Assembly (NCBI RefSeq): GCF_035084215.1
Contig: NC_090338.1
Coordinates: 15,748,001-15,812,000, forward strand
Source: Heptranchias perlo
Lineage: Eukaryota
Direction of reading: 5' to 3'
Length of the DNA: 64,000 nucleotides
Shown: positions 11,387 through 20,399 of the stretch, in pieces
Numbering within the stretch: the stretch's first letter is position 1
Layout: every line of letters starts with the position of its first letter
Translations under genes and position numbers: made by a program
Notes under the pieces: generated by a model
Seen by the model: only the letters and a program-made list of their open reading frames with translations
What the model was told of the DNA's origin: nothing
Databases searched by the model: none

Positions 11387-11632
11387 ATGGAGCAGCCCAG
11401 GGGGAAGGCTGCTCCCAGTTTAATGATGCCTCACCCCAGGTATCATCAGATGGGGTGAGGAGGAGGGGGAGGACACAGATCTTCCCCCCGGCGGGCGGGA
11501 GGAAGCGGCCTGCCTCTGCCACCAAGAAGGCCTGGCTCGAGGTGGCAGAGGGGGTCACCTGCGCCACCAACATATGGCCCACCTGCATACAGTGCAGGAG
11601 GCGCTGCAATGACCGCAGTAGGTCAGCCACAG
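11387..11632 (+). pseudogene. Harbinger Myb/SANT-like DNA-binding protein remnant
   Basis: MEQPRGKAAP, then a frameshift, then FNDAS...TKKAWLEVAEGV...TCIQCRRRCND. Confidence 0.8.
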
Positions 11633-12168
11633 TGAGAACACGAAGTCTTTCCCCTACACTCCGTCTGCCACAACACTGCACCCACCCCACATCTCCTTCG
11701 GCACCGCCAACACTATTCTGTCACATCACCCTTCATACCCACTCACACCCCATCCTCATCTTACCTCCACCTACTCACCTCGCCAGTACTCATCCTGCCA
11801 CTAACACGCGACCCAATCCTCATACAATCTCATGGCTCCATCCCATACTCACCCTCTCGTGCATCTCCCTCACGGCCAGCCTCACTCAACCTGCCACCAC
11901 CTGTGCTGCAGCCACAGGGCATGCATCACATATGTGCAGTAGGCAGCGTAAGGCAAACGTCTCGTCAGCATGAACATAAGAACATAAGAAATTGGAGCAG
12001 GAGTAGGCCAATCGGCCCCTCGAGCCTGCTCCGCCATTCAATAAGATCATGGCTGATCTGATCCCAACCACAAATCTAAAGAACACAAGAAGTCGGAGCA
12101 GGACCCGGCCACATAGCCCCTGGGCCCTCTCCGCCACCCACAGGGCATTGACCGATCCGAACTCAGCT

Positions 12169-15117
12169 TCATGTCCAATTTCCTGCCCGCTCCCCATAAC
12201 CCCTAATTCCCTTTACTTCTAGGAAACTGTCTATTTCTGTTTTAAATTTATCTAATGATGTAGCTTCCACAGCTTCCTGGGGCAGCAAATTCCACAGACC
12301 TACCACCCTCTGAGTGAAGAAGTTTCTCCTCATCTCAGTTTTGAAAGAGCAGCCCCTTATTCTAAGATTATGCCCCCTAGTTCTAGTTTCACCCATCTTT
12401 GGGAACATCCTTACCGCATCCACCCGATCAAGACCCTTCACAATCTTATATGTTTCAATAAGATCGCCTCTCATTCTTCTGAACTCCAATGAGTAGAGTC
12501 CCAATCTACTCAACCTCTCCTCATATGTCCGCCCCCTCATCCCCGGGATTAACCGAGTGAACCTTCTTTGTACTGCCTCGAGAGCAAGTATGTCTTTTCT
12601 TAAGTATGGAGACCAAAACTGTATGCAGTATTCCAGGTGCGGTCTCACCAATACCTTATATAACTGCAGCAATACCTCCTTGTTTTTATATTCTATCCCC
12701 CTAGCAATAAAAGCCAACATTCCGTTGGCTTTCTTGATCACCTGCTGCACCTGCATACCAACTTTTTGATTTTCTTGCACTAGGACCCCCAGATCCCTTT
12801 GTACTGCAGTACTTTCCAGTCTCTCGCCATTAAGAAAATAACTTGCTCTCTGATTTTTCCTGCCAAAGTGCATAACCTCACATTTTCCAATATTATATTG
12901 CATCTGCCAAATCTTCGCCCACTCACCCAGCCTGTCTATATCCCCTTGCAGGTTTTTTATGTCCTCCTCACTCTCTACTTTCCCTCCCATCTTTGTATCA
13001 TCTGCAAATTTTGATATGTTGCACTCAGTCCCCTCCTCCAAATCGTTAATATAGATTGTAAAGAGTTGGGGACCCAGCACCGACCCCTGTGGAACACCAC
13101 TGGTTACTGGTTGCCAGTCCGAAAATGAACCATTTATCCCAACTCTCTGCTTCCTGTTCGATAACCAATCCTCCACCCATGCCAGAATATTACCCCCAAT
13201 CCCGTGATTTTTTATCTTAAGTAATAATCTTTTATGTGGCACCTTGTCGAATGCCTTCTGGAAGTCTAAATACACTACGTCCACTGGTTCCCCTTTATCC
13301 ACCCTATACGTTATATCCTCGAAGAACTCAAGCAAATTTGTCAGACATGACTTCCCCTTCATAAAGCCATGCTGACTTTGTCCTATTAAATTATGCTTAT
13401 CTAAATGTTCCGTTACTGTCTCCTTAATAATAGACTCCAAAATTTTACCCACCACAGATGTTAAGCTAACTGGCCTATAATTTCCAGCCTTCTGCCTACT
13501 ACCCTTTTTAAATAACGGTGTTACATTAGCAGTTTTCCAATCTGCCGGGACCTCTCCTGAGTCCAGGGAATTTTGGAAAACTATCACCAAAGCATCCACA
13601 ATCCCTACTGCCACTTCCCTCAAGACCCTAGGATGGAAGCCATCAGGTCCAGGGGATTTATCCGCCTTGAGTCCCATTATTTTACTGAGTACCATCTCTT
13701 GAGTGATTTTAATCGTATTTAGCTCCTCCCCCCCGAGAGTCCCCTGTTTGTCCAGTGTTGGGATATTCTTAGTGTCCTCTACTGTAAAGACTGAAACAAA
13801 ATATTTGTTCAGCATTTTTGCCATCTCCATGTTTCCCACCATTAATTTCCCGGTCTCATCCTCTAAGGGACCTATGTTTGCCTTAGCCACCCTTTTTCTT
13901 TTTATATAACTATAGAAACTCTTGCTATCTGTTTTTATATTTTTTGCTAATTTCTTTTCATAATCTAACTTCCCTTTCTTAATCAATCCTTTAGTTACTT
14001 TTTGCTGTCTTTTGAAGAATTCCCAATCTTCTATCCTCCCACTAAGTTTGGCTACCTTATATGTCCTTGTTTTTAGTCGGATACTATCCTTGATTTCTTT
14101 ACTTAGCCACGGGTGACTGTCATTCCTTTTACACCCTTTTTTCCTCAGTGGAATATATTTATTTTGAAAGTTGTAAAATAACTCCCTAAATGAACACCAC
14201 TGCTCATGTACCGTCTTACCCTTTAATCTATTTTCCCAGTCCACTTTAATCAATTCCGCTCTCATACCATCATAGTCTCCTTTATTCAAGCTCAGTACGC
14301 TTGTTTGAGAATCAACCTTCTCACCCTCTAATTGGATATGGAATTCAACCATGTTGTGGTCGCTCGTTCCAAGGGGATCCTTAACTAGGACATTATTAAT
14401 TAATCCTGACTCATTACACAGGACCAGGTCCAAGGTTGCCTGCCCCCTTGTAGGATCAGTTACATACTGCTCAAGAAATCCATCCCTGATGCACTCAATG
14501 AACTCGTCCTCAAGGCTGCTCTGCCCACTTTGATTTGTCCAGTTAATATGATAATTAAAATCCCCCATAATTATGGCTGTTCCCTTATTACATGCCCCGA
14601 CTATCTCCTGATTAATACTTCTTCCAGCAGAGTTGCAACTATTAGGAGGCCTAAATACTACGCCCACTAATGTTTTTTTTCCCTTATTATTCCTTATCTC
14701 CACCCAAACTGTTTCATTATCTTGATGCTTTGTCCCAATATCATTTCTCTGTATTACAGTGATTCCTTCCTTTATTAACATAGCCACCCCACCTCCCCTT
14801 CCTTCCTGCCTGTCCTTCCTGATTGTTAAATACCCTGGCATATTTAATTCCCAGTCGTTGTCACCCTGCAGCCATGTTTCTGTAATGGCCACAAGATCAT
14901 ACCCATACGTAGTTATTTGTGCCGTTAACTCGTCCATTTTATTACGAATGCTACGTGCATTCAGATAAAGAACTTTCAAATCTGTTTTGTGACGCTTAGT
15001 TCCTGCTTTTTCCTTTTTTAACACTTTACCTATTACTCCATACCTTCTGTCCCTTCCTGTTACGCTTTCCTCTCTCTCCCTGCTCAGGTTCCCAACCCCC
15101 TGCCACTTTAGTTTAAA
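12169..15117 (-). CDS. CR1 ORF2: AP endonuclease plus reverse transcriptase, uninterrupted
   Basis: YLNARS, ITETWL, MGDFN, SDH (APE); QHGF, YLDFQKAFD, GVPQGSVLGP, FADD (RT). Frame open from 15132; first AUG is at 14937, after YLNARS. Start coordinate given is the proposed slip site. Confidence 0.95.
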   Translation of the reverse strand, partial: FKLKWQGVGNLSREREESVTGRDRRYGVIGKVLKKEKAGTKRHKTDLKVLYLNARSIRNKMDELTAQITTYGYDLVAITETWLQGDNDWELNMPGYLTIRKDRQEGRGGGVAMLIKEGITVIQRNDIGTKHQDNETVWVEIRNNKGKKTLVGVVFRPPNSCNSAGRSINQEIVGACNKGTAIIMGDFNYHINWTNQSGQSSLEDEFIECIRDGFLEQYVTDPTRGQATLDLVLCNESGLINNVLVKDPLGTSDHNMVEFHIQLEGEKVDSQTSVLSLNKGDYDGMRAELIKVDWENRLKGKTVHEQWCSFRELFYNFQNKYIPLRKKGCKRNDSHPWLSKEIKDSIRLKTRTYKVAKLSGRIEDWEFFKRQQKVTKGLIKKGKLDYEKKLAKNIKTDSKSFYSYIKRKRVAKANIGPLEDETGKLMVGNMEMAKMLNKYFVSVFTVEDTKNIPTLDKQGTLGGEELNTIKITQEMVLSKIMGLKADKSPGPDGFHPRVLREVAVGIVDALVIVFQNSLDSGEVPADWKTANVTPLFKKGSRQKAGNYRPVSLTSVVGKILESIIKETVTEHLDKHNLIGQSQHGFMKGKSCLTNLLEFFEDITYRVDKGEPVDVVYLDFQKAFDKVPHKRLLLKIKNHGIGGNILAWVEDWLSNRKQRVGINGSFSDWQPVTSGVPQGSVLGPQLFTIYINDLEEGTECNISKFADDTKMGGKVESEEDIKNLQGDIDRLGEWAKIWQMQYNIGKCEVMHFGRKNQRASYFLNGERLESTAVQRDLGVLVQENQKVGMQVQQVIKKANGMLAFIARGIEYKNKEVLLQLYKVLVRPHLEYCIQFWSPYLRKDILALEAVQRRFTRLIPGMRGRTYEERLSRLGLYSLEFRRMRGDLIETYKIVKGLDRVDAVRMFPKMGETRTRGHNLRIRGCSFKTEMRRNFFTQRVVGLWNLLPQEAVEATSLDKFKTEIDSFLEVKGIRGYGERAGNWT

Positions 15118-15120
15118 CCC
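15108..15120 (-). promoter_or_regulatory. Candidate programmed -1 ribosomal frameshift site G_GGU_UUA_AAC_UAA
   Basis: Two overlapping X_XXY_YYZ heptamers in the ORF1 frame directly before its stop; ORF2 is open in the -1 frame. Confidence 0.6.
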
Positions 15121-16050
15121 TCCCCAACAGCACTAGCAAACACTCCTCCTAGGACAGCGGTCCCGGCCCTGCCCAGGTGCGGACCGTCCGGTTTGTACTG
15201 GTCCCACCTCCCCCAGAACCGTTTCCAGTGTCCCAGGAATTTGAATCCCTCCCCCTTGCACCATTCCTCTAGCCACGTATTCATTTGAAATATCCTCCTA
15301 TTTCTACTCTGACTAGCACGTGGCACTGGCAGCAATCCTGAGATTACTACCTTTGAGGTCCTATTTTTTAATTTACCTCCTAACTCCCTATATTCTGCTT
15401 TTAGGACCTCATCCCCTTTTTTACCTATATCGTTGGTGCCTATGTGCACCACGACAGCTGGCTGTTCGCCCTCCCCCTCCAAAATGTTCTGTAGCCGCTC
15501 CGAGACATCCTTGATCCTTGCACCAGGGAGGCAACACACCATCCTGGAGTCTCGGTTGCGGCCGCAGAAACGCCTGTCTATTCCCCTTACAATTGAGTCC
15601 CCTATCACTATAGCTCTGCCACTCTTTTTCCTCCCAGCCTGTGCAGCAGAGCTACCCAGGAAGTTGGCTGCTGCTGCCTTCCCCTGATAAGTCATCCCCC
15701 CCAACAGCATCCAAAGTGGCATATCTGTTTGAGAGGGGGATGGACACAGGGGACCCCTGCACTACCTGCCTGCATCTCTTACTCTTCCTGGTGGTCACCC
15801 ATTCACTTCCTGCCTGTATACCCTTTACCTGCGGTGTGACCAACTCGCTAAACGTGCCATCCACGAGTTTCTCTGCATCGCGGATGCTCCACAATGAGTC
15901 CACCCGCAGCTCCAGCTCCGAGATACGATCGGTCAGTAGCTGCAGGTGGACAGACTTCCCGCACACATGGTCGGCAGGGACACTGGTAGTGTCCATGACT
16001 TCCCACATCTTGCAGGAGGAGCATATCACGGGTGCGAGGTCTGCTGCCAT
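15108..16050 (-). pseudogene. CR1 ORF1 (zinc finger, coiled coil, SGNH esterase) with one frameshift near 15660
   Basis: CSSC...HVCGKS, LTDRISELELRVDSL; IVIGDSIVRG, VVHIGTND, DGPHL; split over two ORFs (15652-16050 and 15108-15722). Confidence 0.9.
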
Positions 16051-16207
16051 GACTTGCCTTAGCTGAGTTACCCCTTTTAAATTATGTTGAAATTAGAAAA
16101 TGTTAACTATACTAGGGACCTAGGTTCACTAAAAAAAACACTATCTGCTATAAAACCTGCAGATCTTCCCTTTCTTATTACTTTACTTACAGTAAAATGG
16201 TAGAAAT

Positions 16208-16411
16208 ACTCACCTGAACCTACTCACCAATCAGCTGCCTCCCCTGTGCCGCGTCACTTTCTGACTGGTGACGTCACCCCGAACTGCCGCTGGTCTCAGA
16301 GTCTCGCTCTCAGAGTAAGCTCTGGTCTCGCTCTCTCCGCACTGTTTATATCTCCGCTCTGGTCTCGCTCTCTCCCGCCGCTCACCGACTGGACTCTCGC
16401 TCTCTCCGCGC
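16208..16411 (-). promoter_or_regulatory. CR1 5'UTR internal promoter-like region
   Basis: GAGAGCGAGA repeats, TATAAA (16345-16350), CRE palindrome GGTGACGTCACC (16267-16278), CCAAT (16227-16231), two GTGAGT donor consensus sites (16227, 16213). Confidence 0.5.
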
Positions 16412-16499
16412 TGAAGGGGGTGCACAAGGGTGTCTGAGGGTTTGTCATGGGTGTTACCCATATTGAATTTCAGAGCAACAAACAGCACACATTATATTG

Positions 16500-16935
16500 A
16501 CACCACCACTGCCATGTCTCCGCGAATCCTGTCCGTTGTGTCCAATAATGCCCGCTCCTGGGTATCACTATGAGGACCCACCACTGATGCCACCCATCGT
16601 GTTACTGCAGAGTAGGTGCAGGTGTATTTGCAGGGCTCGTCCGCGCAGACGACTGAGAGACATCGGCGGTGTAGCCGGCTGCACCCTGGAAGGATACGGA
16701 GGAGAAGGTGTGGAGGGCAGTGGTGACTTTGCCAGCGACAGGTAAGCAGTTGGTGCTGGGGCCAGCCAGGAGCAGCTCGGCATGAAAGAGGCTGCAGATC
16801 TCCACGACTACATGTCGAGCGAATCTGCGCCTCCCTGTGCACTGCTGCTCGGAGAGGTCCGGGGAGCTGCGCCTCGGTCTGTGGACCCTGTGGCGAGGGT
16901 AGTGCCCTCTGCGACGCGTCTCTCTCTGCGGTAGC
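16500..16935 (-). pseudogene. Harbinger transposase (HARBI1-like) N-terminal remnant
   Basis: HYPRHRVHRPR...LSEQQC...EICSL...LPVAGKVTTALHTFSSVSFQGAAGYTADVSQSS; the catalytic DDE part is deleted. Confidence 0.85.
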
Positions 16936-17615
16936 CCTCCCTCCTGCTGTGCAGGTGGGCGTGCAACAACACCGTGTTGGGGGGATCCACGTCTCTGCGG
17001 CGGATGGCGTGGACTGCGAGGCTGCTGGTGCTGGTCATGCTCTTCGTCCTCCAAGGGTGTCCACACACCACCCAACTGGCAGGTGTTGGTCTGAGGGGTT
17101 GTGCAGGGTAGGTGTGTGGGTCCTCGGACTGGGGCTGCGGTTTCGTGTCGGTCTGTCCTCTGGCTTGGCGGGGGGTGGTGGGGGGCAGGGGTTGCCCTAT
17201 GTGACGCGGTGGCCTCCTGCGTGGGTGAGGGCTCTCCCCCGTGGAGTGCACCTTGGCACCTGCCACAGGCTGCTGGCTGCAACACGCCTGGTTTGAAGGG
17301 TCCTGTTTCCCCCAGTGTGGGAAACTGACTGCCTTGAACCTAAAATCCCACACTTCCTCTTTTGACAGCTGCTTCAGCTCATTAACTGACCACAACGAGC
17401 AAGTTAAGTACACTCAAGTGGAACCCCGCTGGCTTTAATTGCCTGCGGGATTCCCACCAGCGGGGCTTGCGCGCGCAGCCCCGCACGTCAGCACGGTACA
17501 CGGAAGTGGCCGGGATTTTGTCGCGATCCAGTCACGTGACCGGAGATCGGGATTTTCGGGGCCACCCCGCTGGTAACCCGCCGGAAACCCGACCCTAAAA
17601 TCGAGCCCCATGTCT

Positions 17616-17739
17616 GGGAATTTCCTCACCATTACTCCCGCTCTGCCACCGTAACTTCGCCGGAAGTGTGACAGAAACCCTGTTTACGCATGAGATGGAG
17701 TAATGGTGGCAGAGCGGGAGTAACTCTGAGGAAGTTCAC
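17616..17739. mobile_element. Short hairpin MITE next to Harbinger A1
   Basis: About 35-bp inverted repeats including perfect TTACTCCCGCTCTGCCACC / GGTGGCAGAGCGGGAGTAA. Confidence 0.7.
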
Positions 17740-18399
17740 TTTCCCATTACATCGTTGAATGATGCTTTCTGACTGAATTGTCCTGAAGATGCTTCACACT
17801 GTATATCTGCAGCTTTCAGTGCTGGCTTTAACATATTTAACTCGTCATTAATTTATTGACAAATCTTTGTACCAGGCTTGTTGAGTTTGTTGTTCCCTCC
17901 ACCTATTTCAAGTGGTTTCAGATTTCCATTTAGGCTGAACTGTTGCTCTAAGCTTTCTCTCAGGTGTTCCCCCACCCTATTATTTCTTCTAGTAGTAAAC
18001 AGTGTTATTTTTGACATTGCGTAATGTGAAATCACACCACATCCTGAAGTGGAGTGCGATGGTTAACCACAGCGTGTTTCTCATTGACTTGGGTGCCCTT
18101 CTCAGCTAACAAGTCTTAGAAGTTCATTGCAGGGAGTTTGCATTAATTGCAGCGAATCTACATCCTGGTTGAGAAGGAAATCAGCTCTTCATGTTCTGGT
18201 TGTCAGGTTTACATTTAGTAGTCTTGGTCTATGGTTTTAGGAATAAAAACATTTGCGAATGCTGCCCTGAAATCGGGGGAGTGGAGCAGCAGGAAATTGA
18301 CCCACGGATGTGGGAAATTGGGACATTGAGTGGTCTGCACAGCAAGGTTTATTAAGGAAGTAGTCAGCAACAGCTTGGTCATAGATCACGAGCACACAT

Positions 18400-19862
18400 A
18401 TGGGGTAGAGGAGCAGAGGGATCTGGGAGTACAGTTACACAAATCACTAAAAGTAGCGACGCAGGTTAATAGGGCCATTAAAAAAGCAAACAAAGCATTG
18501 GGTTTCATTTCTAAAGAGAGAGAATTGAAAAGCAGAGAAGTTGTGTTAAACTTGTATCAAACCTTGGTAAGATCACACTTGAAGTAGTGCGAATAGTTCT
18601 AGTCTCCATATTATAAAAAAGATATAGAGGTACTGGAGAAGGTGCAAAAGATTTACTCGGATGATACCAGAACTGAGAGAATATACCTGTCAGGAAAGAT
18701 TGAACAGGCATGTTCCCCTTGACATTCAACGGCATTACCATCGCCAAATCCCCCACCATCAACATCCTGGGGGTCACCATTGACCAGAAACTTAACTGGA
18801 CCAGCCATATAAATACTGTGGCTACGAGAGCAGGTCAGAGGCTGGGTATTCTGCAGCAAGTGACTCACCTCCTGACTCCCCAAAGCCTTTCCACCATCTA
18901 CAAATCACAAGTCAGGAGTGTGATGGAATACTCTCCACTTGATTGGATGAGTGCAGCTGCAACAACACTCAAGAAACTCGACACCATCCAAGGTAAAGCA
19001 GCCCGCTTGATTGGCACCCCATCCACCACCGTAAACATTCACTCCCTTCACCACCGGTGCACAGTGGCTGCAGTGTGTACCATCCACAGGATGCACTGCA
19101 GCAACTCGCCAAGGCTTCTTTGACAGCACCTCACAAACCCGCGACCTCTACCACCTAGAAGGACAAGGGCAGCAGGCACATGGGAACAACACCACCTGCA
19201 TGTTCCCCTTCAAGTCACACACCATCCCAACTTGGATATATATCGCCGTTCCTTCATCGTTGCTGGGTCAAAATCCTGGAACTCCCTTCCTCACAGCACT
19301 GTGGGAGAACCTTCACCACATGGACTGCAGCGGTTCAAGGAGGAGGCTCACCACCACATTCTCAAAGGCAATTAGGAATGGGCAATAAATGCCCGCCTCG
19401 CCAGCGACGCCCACATCCCATGAACGAATTTTAAAAAAGGCTGGGGCTCTTTTCTCTAGAAAAGAGAATGCTGAGGGGGTGACCTGATGGAGGTCTTTAA
19501 GACTGTGAAAGGGTTTGATAGGGTAAATGTAGAGAAGATGTTTCCACTTGCAGTGGAGACCAGAACTAGGGGGCATAAATATAAGAGAGTCACTAATAAA
19601 TCCAATAGGGAATTCAGGAGAAACTTCTTTACCCAGAGAGTAGTTAGAATGTGGAATTTGCTACCACAGGGAGTAGTTGAAGCGAATAGCATAGATGCAT
19701 TTAAAGGGAAGCTAGATAAGTACATGAGGGATAAAGGAATAGAAGGATATATTGATGGGGTTAGAAGAAGTTGGGAGGGAGGAGGCTCATGTGGAGCAGG
19801 AACACTGGCATGGAACTGTTGGGCCGAATGGCCAGTTTCTGTGCTGTGCATTCTATGTAATT
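18400..19862 (+). mobile_element. CR1 3' fragment interrupted by a second LINE family
   Basis: EEQRDLGV...LVRSHL and EVFKTVKGFDRV...RNFFTQRVV on either side of the insertion. Confidence 0.85.
18709..19437 (+). mobile_element. 3' fragment of LINE family B (CR1/L2 group)
   Basis: PLTFNGITIAKSPTINILGVTIDQKLNW...QVRSVMEYS...SLHHRCTVA; TSD AGGC; same family at 32511 and 59524. Confidence 0.85.
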
Positions 19863-20289
19863 CAGAGGATAGCAATAGATGTATTTATACTTAAAAATAT
19901 TAAAACTTGACCAACTTGACTCATTCTATTAAAGTTGTGTTTAAAACTGTAAAGACAATGAAGTGTAGTGATAATTACCACATGTTGGATAACTGCCAGT
20001 GGCATCAGTGATAATGATATTATTCACATTTTAATTGTTCCTTTTGTTGCTTGAAGCCTTTACGTAAGTGATTGCGGTAAGCTGGTGTTCTCGACAGGGC
20101 AAGGAATCAAAAAGCCTTGTTTGGTAACGATAATTTCCTTTATCCAACTATCCCATCTTCCCCCTTCGCCAGTCACCTTGGCCGACGCTTTCCTCGGGGG
20201 TTAACCTCTCGAATCTCGGCCCCATCCTGCTCAGCCTTCCCACTATCCAGACCCCACGGGTAGATTAGCAATCACAGCCCCTCTCGGTA

Positions 20290-20390
20290 TTTCCCTCCCT
20301 TCATTCAGTTGTGAACAAGGCCCTTGCTATTCATGACCTCATTGTGGATGATCCCGTCAACATCCTGGCACTGAGCAGAAACATGGCACA
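20290..20390 (+). mobile_element. L2-type LINE endonuclease N-terminal fragment
   Basis: Encodes VNKALAIHDLIVDD..NILAL.(E)TW. Confidence 0.5.
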
Positions 20391-20399
20391 TGGGAGGTA

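Larger units (their letters stand above)
11975..16411 (-). mobile_element. Full-length CR1 LINE (about 4.4 kb)
   Basis: 5'UTR, ORF1, ORF2, 3'UTR and TTCTTATG tail. TSD TGAA (11971-11974, 16412-16415); the empty site is visible in Harbinger copy 2 (AGCATGAAGGGG). Confidence 0.97.
11117..17608 (+). mobile_element. Non-autonomous PIF/Harbinger element, family A copy 1, hosting a full-length CR1
   Basis: TIRs GGGCTCGAATTTAG / CTAAAATCGAGCCC; TSD CAT; convergent Myb/SANT (+) and transposase (-) remnants; colinear with 44244-46284. Confidence 0.92.

Noticed and set aside
16500-16935. Domesticated HARBI1 host gene
   Set aside because: Truncated, multi-copy, and enclosed by TIRs and TSDs.
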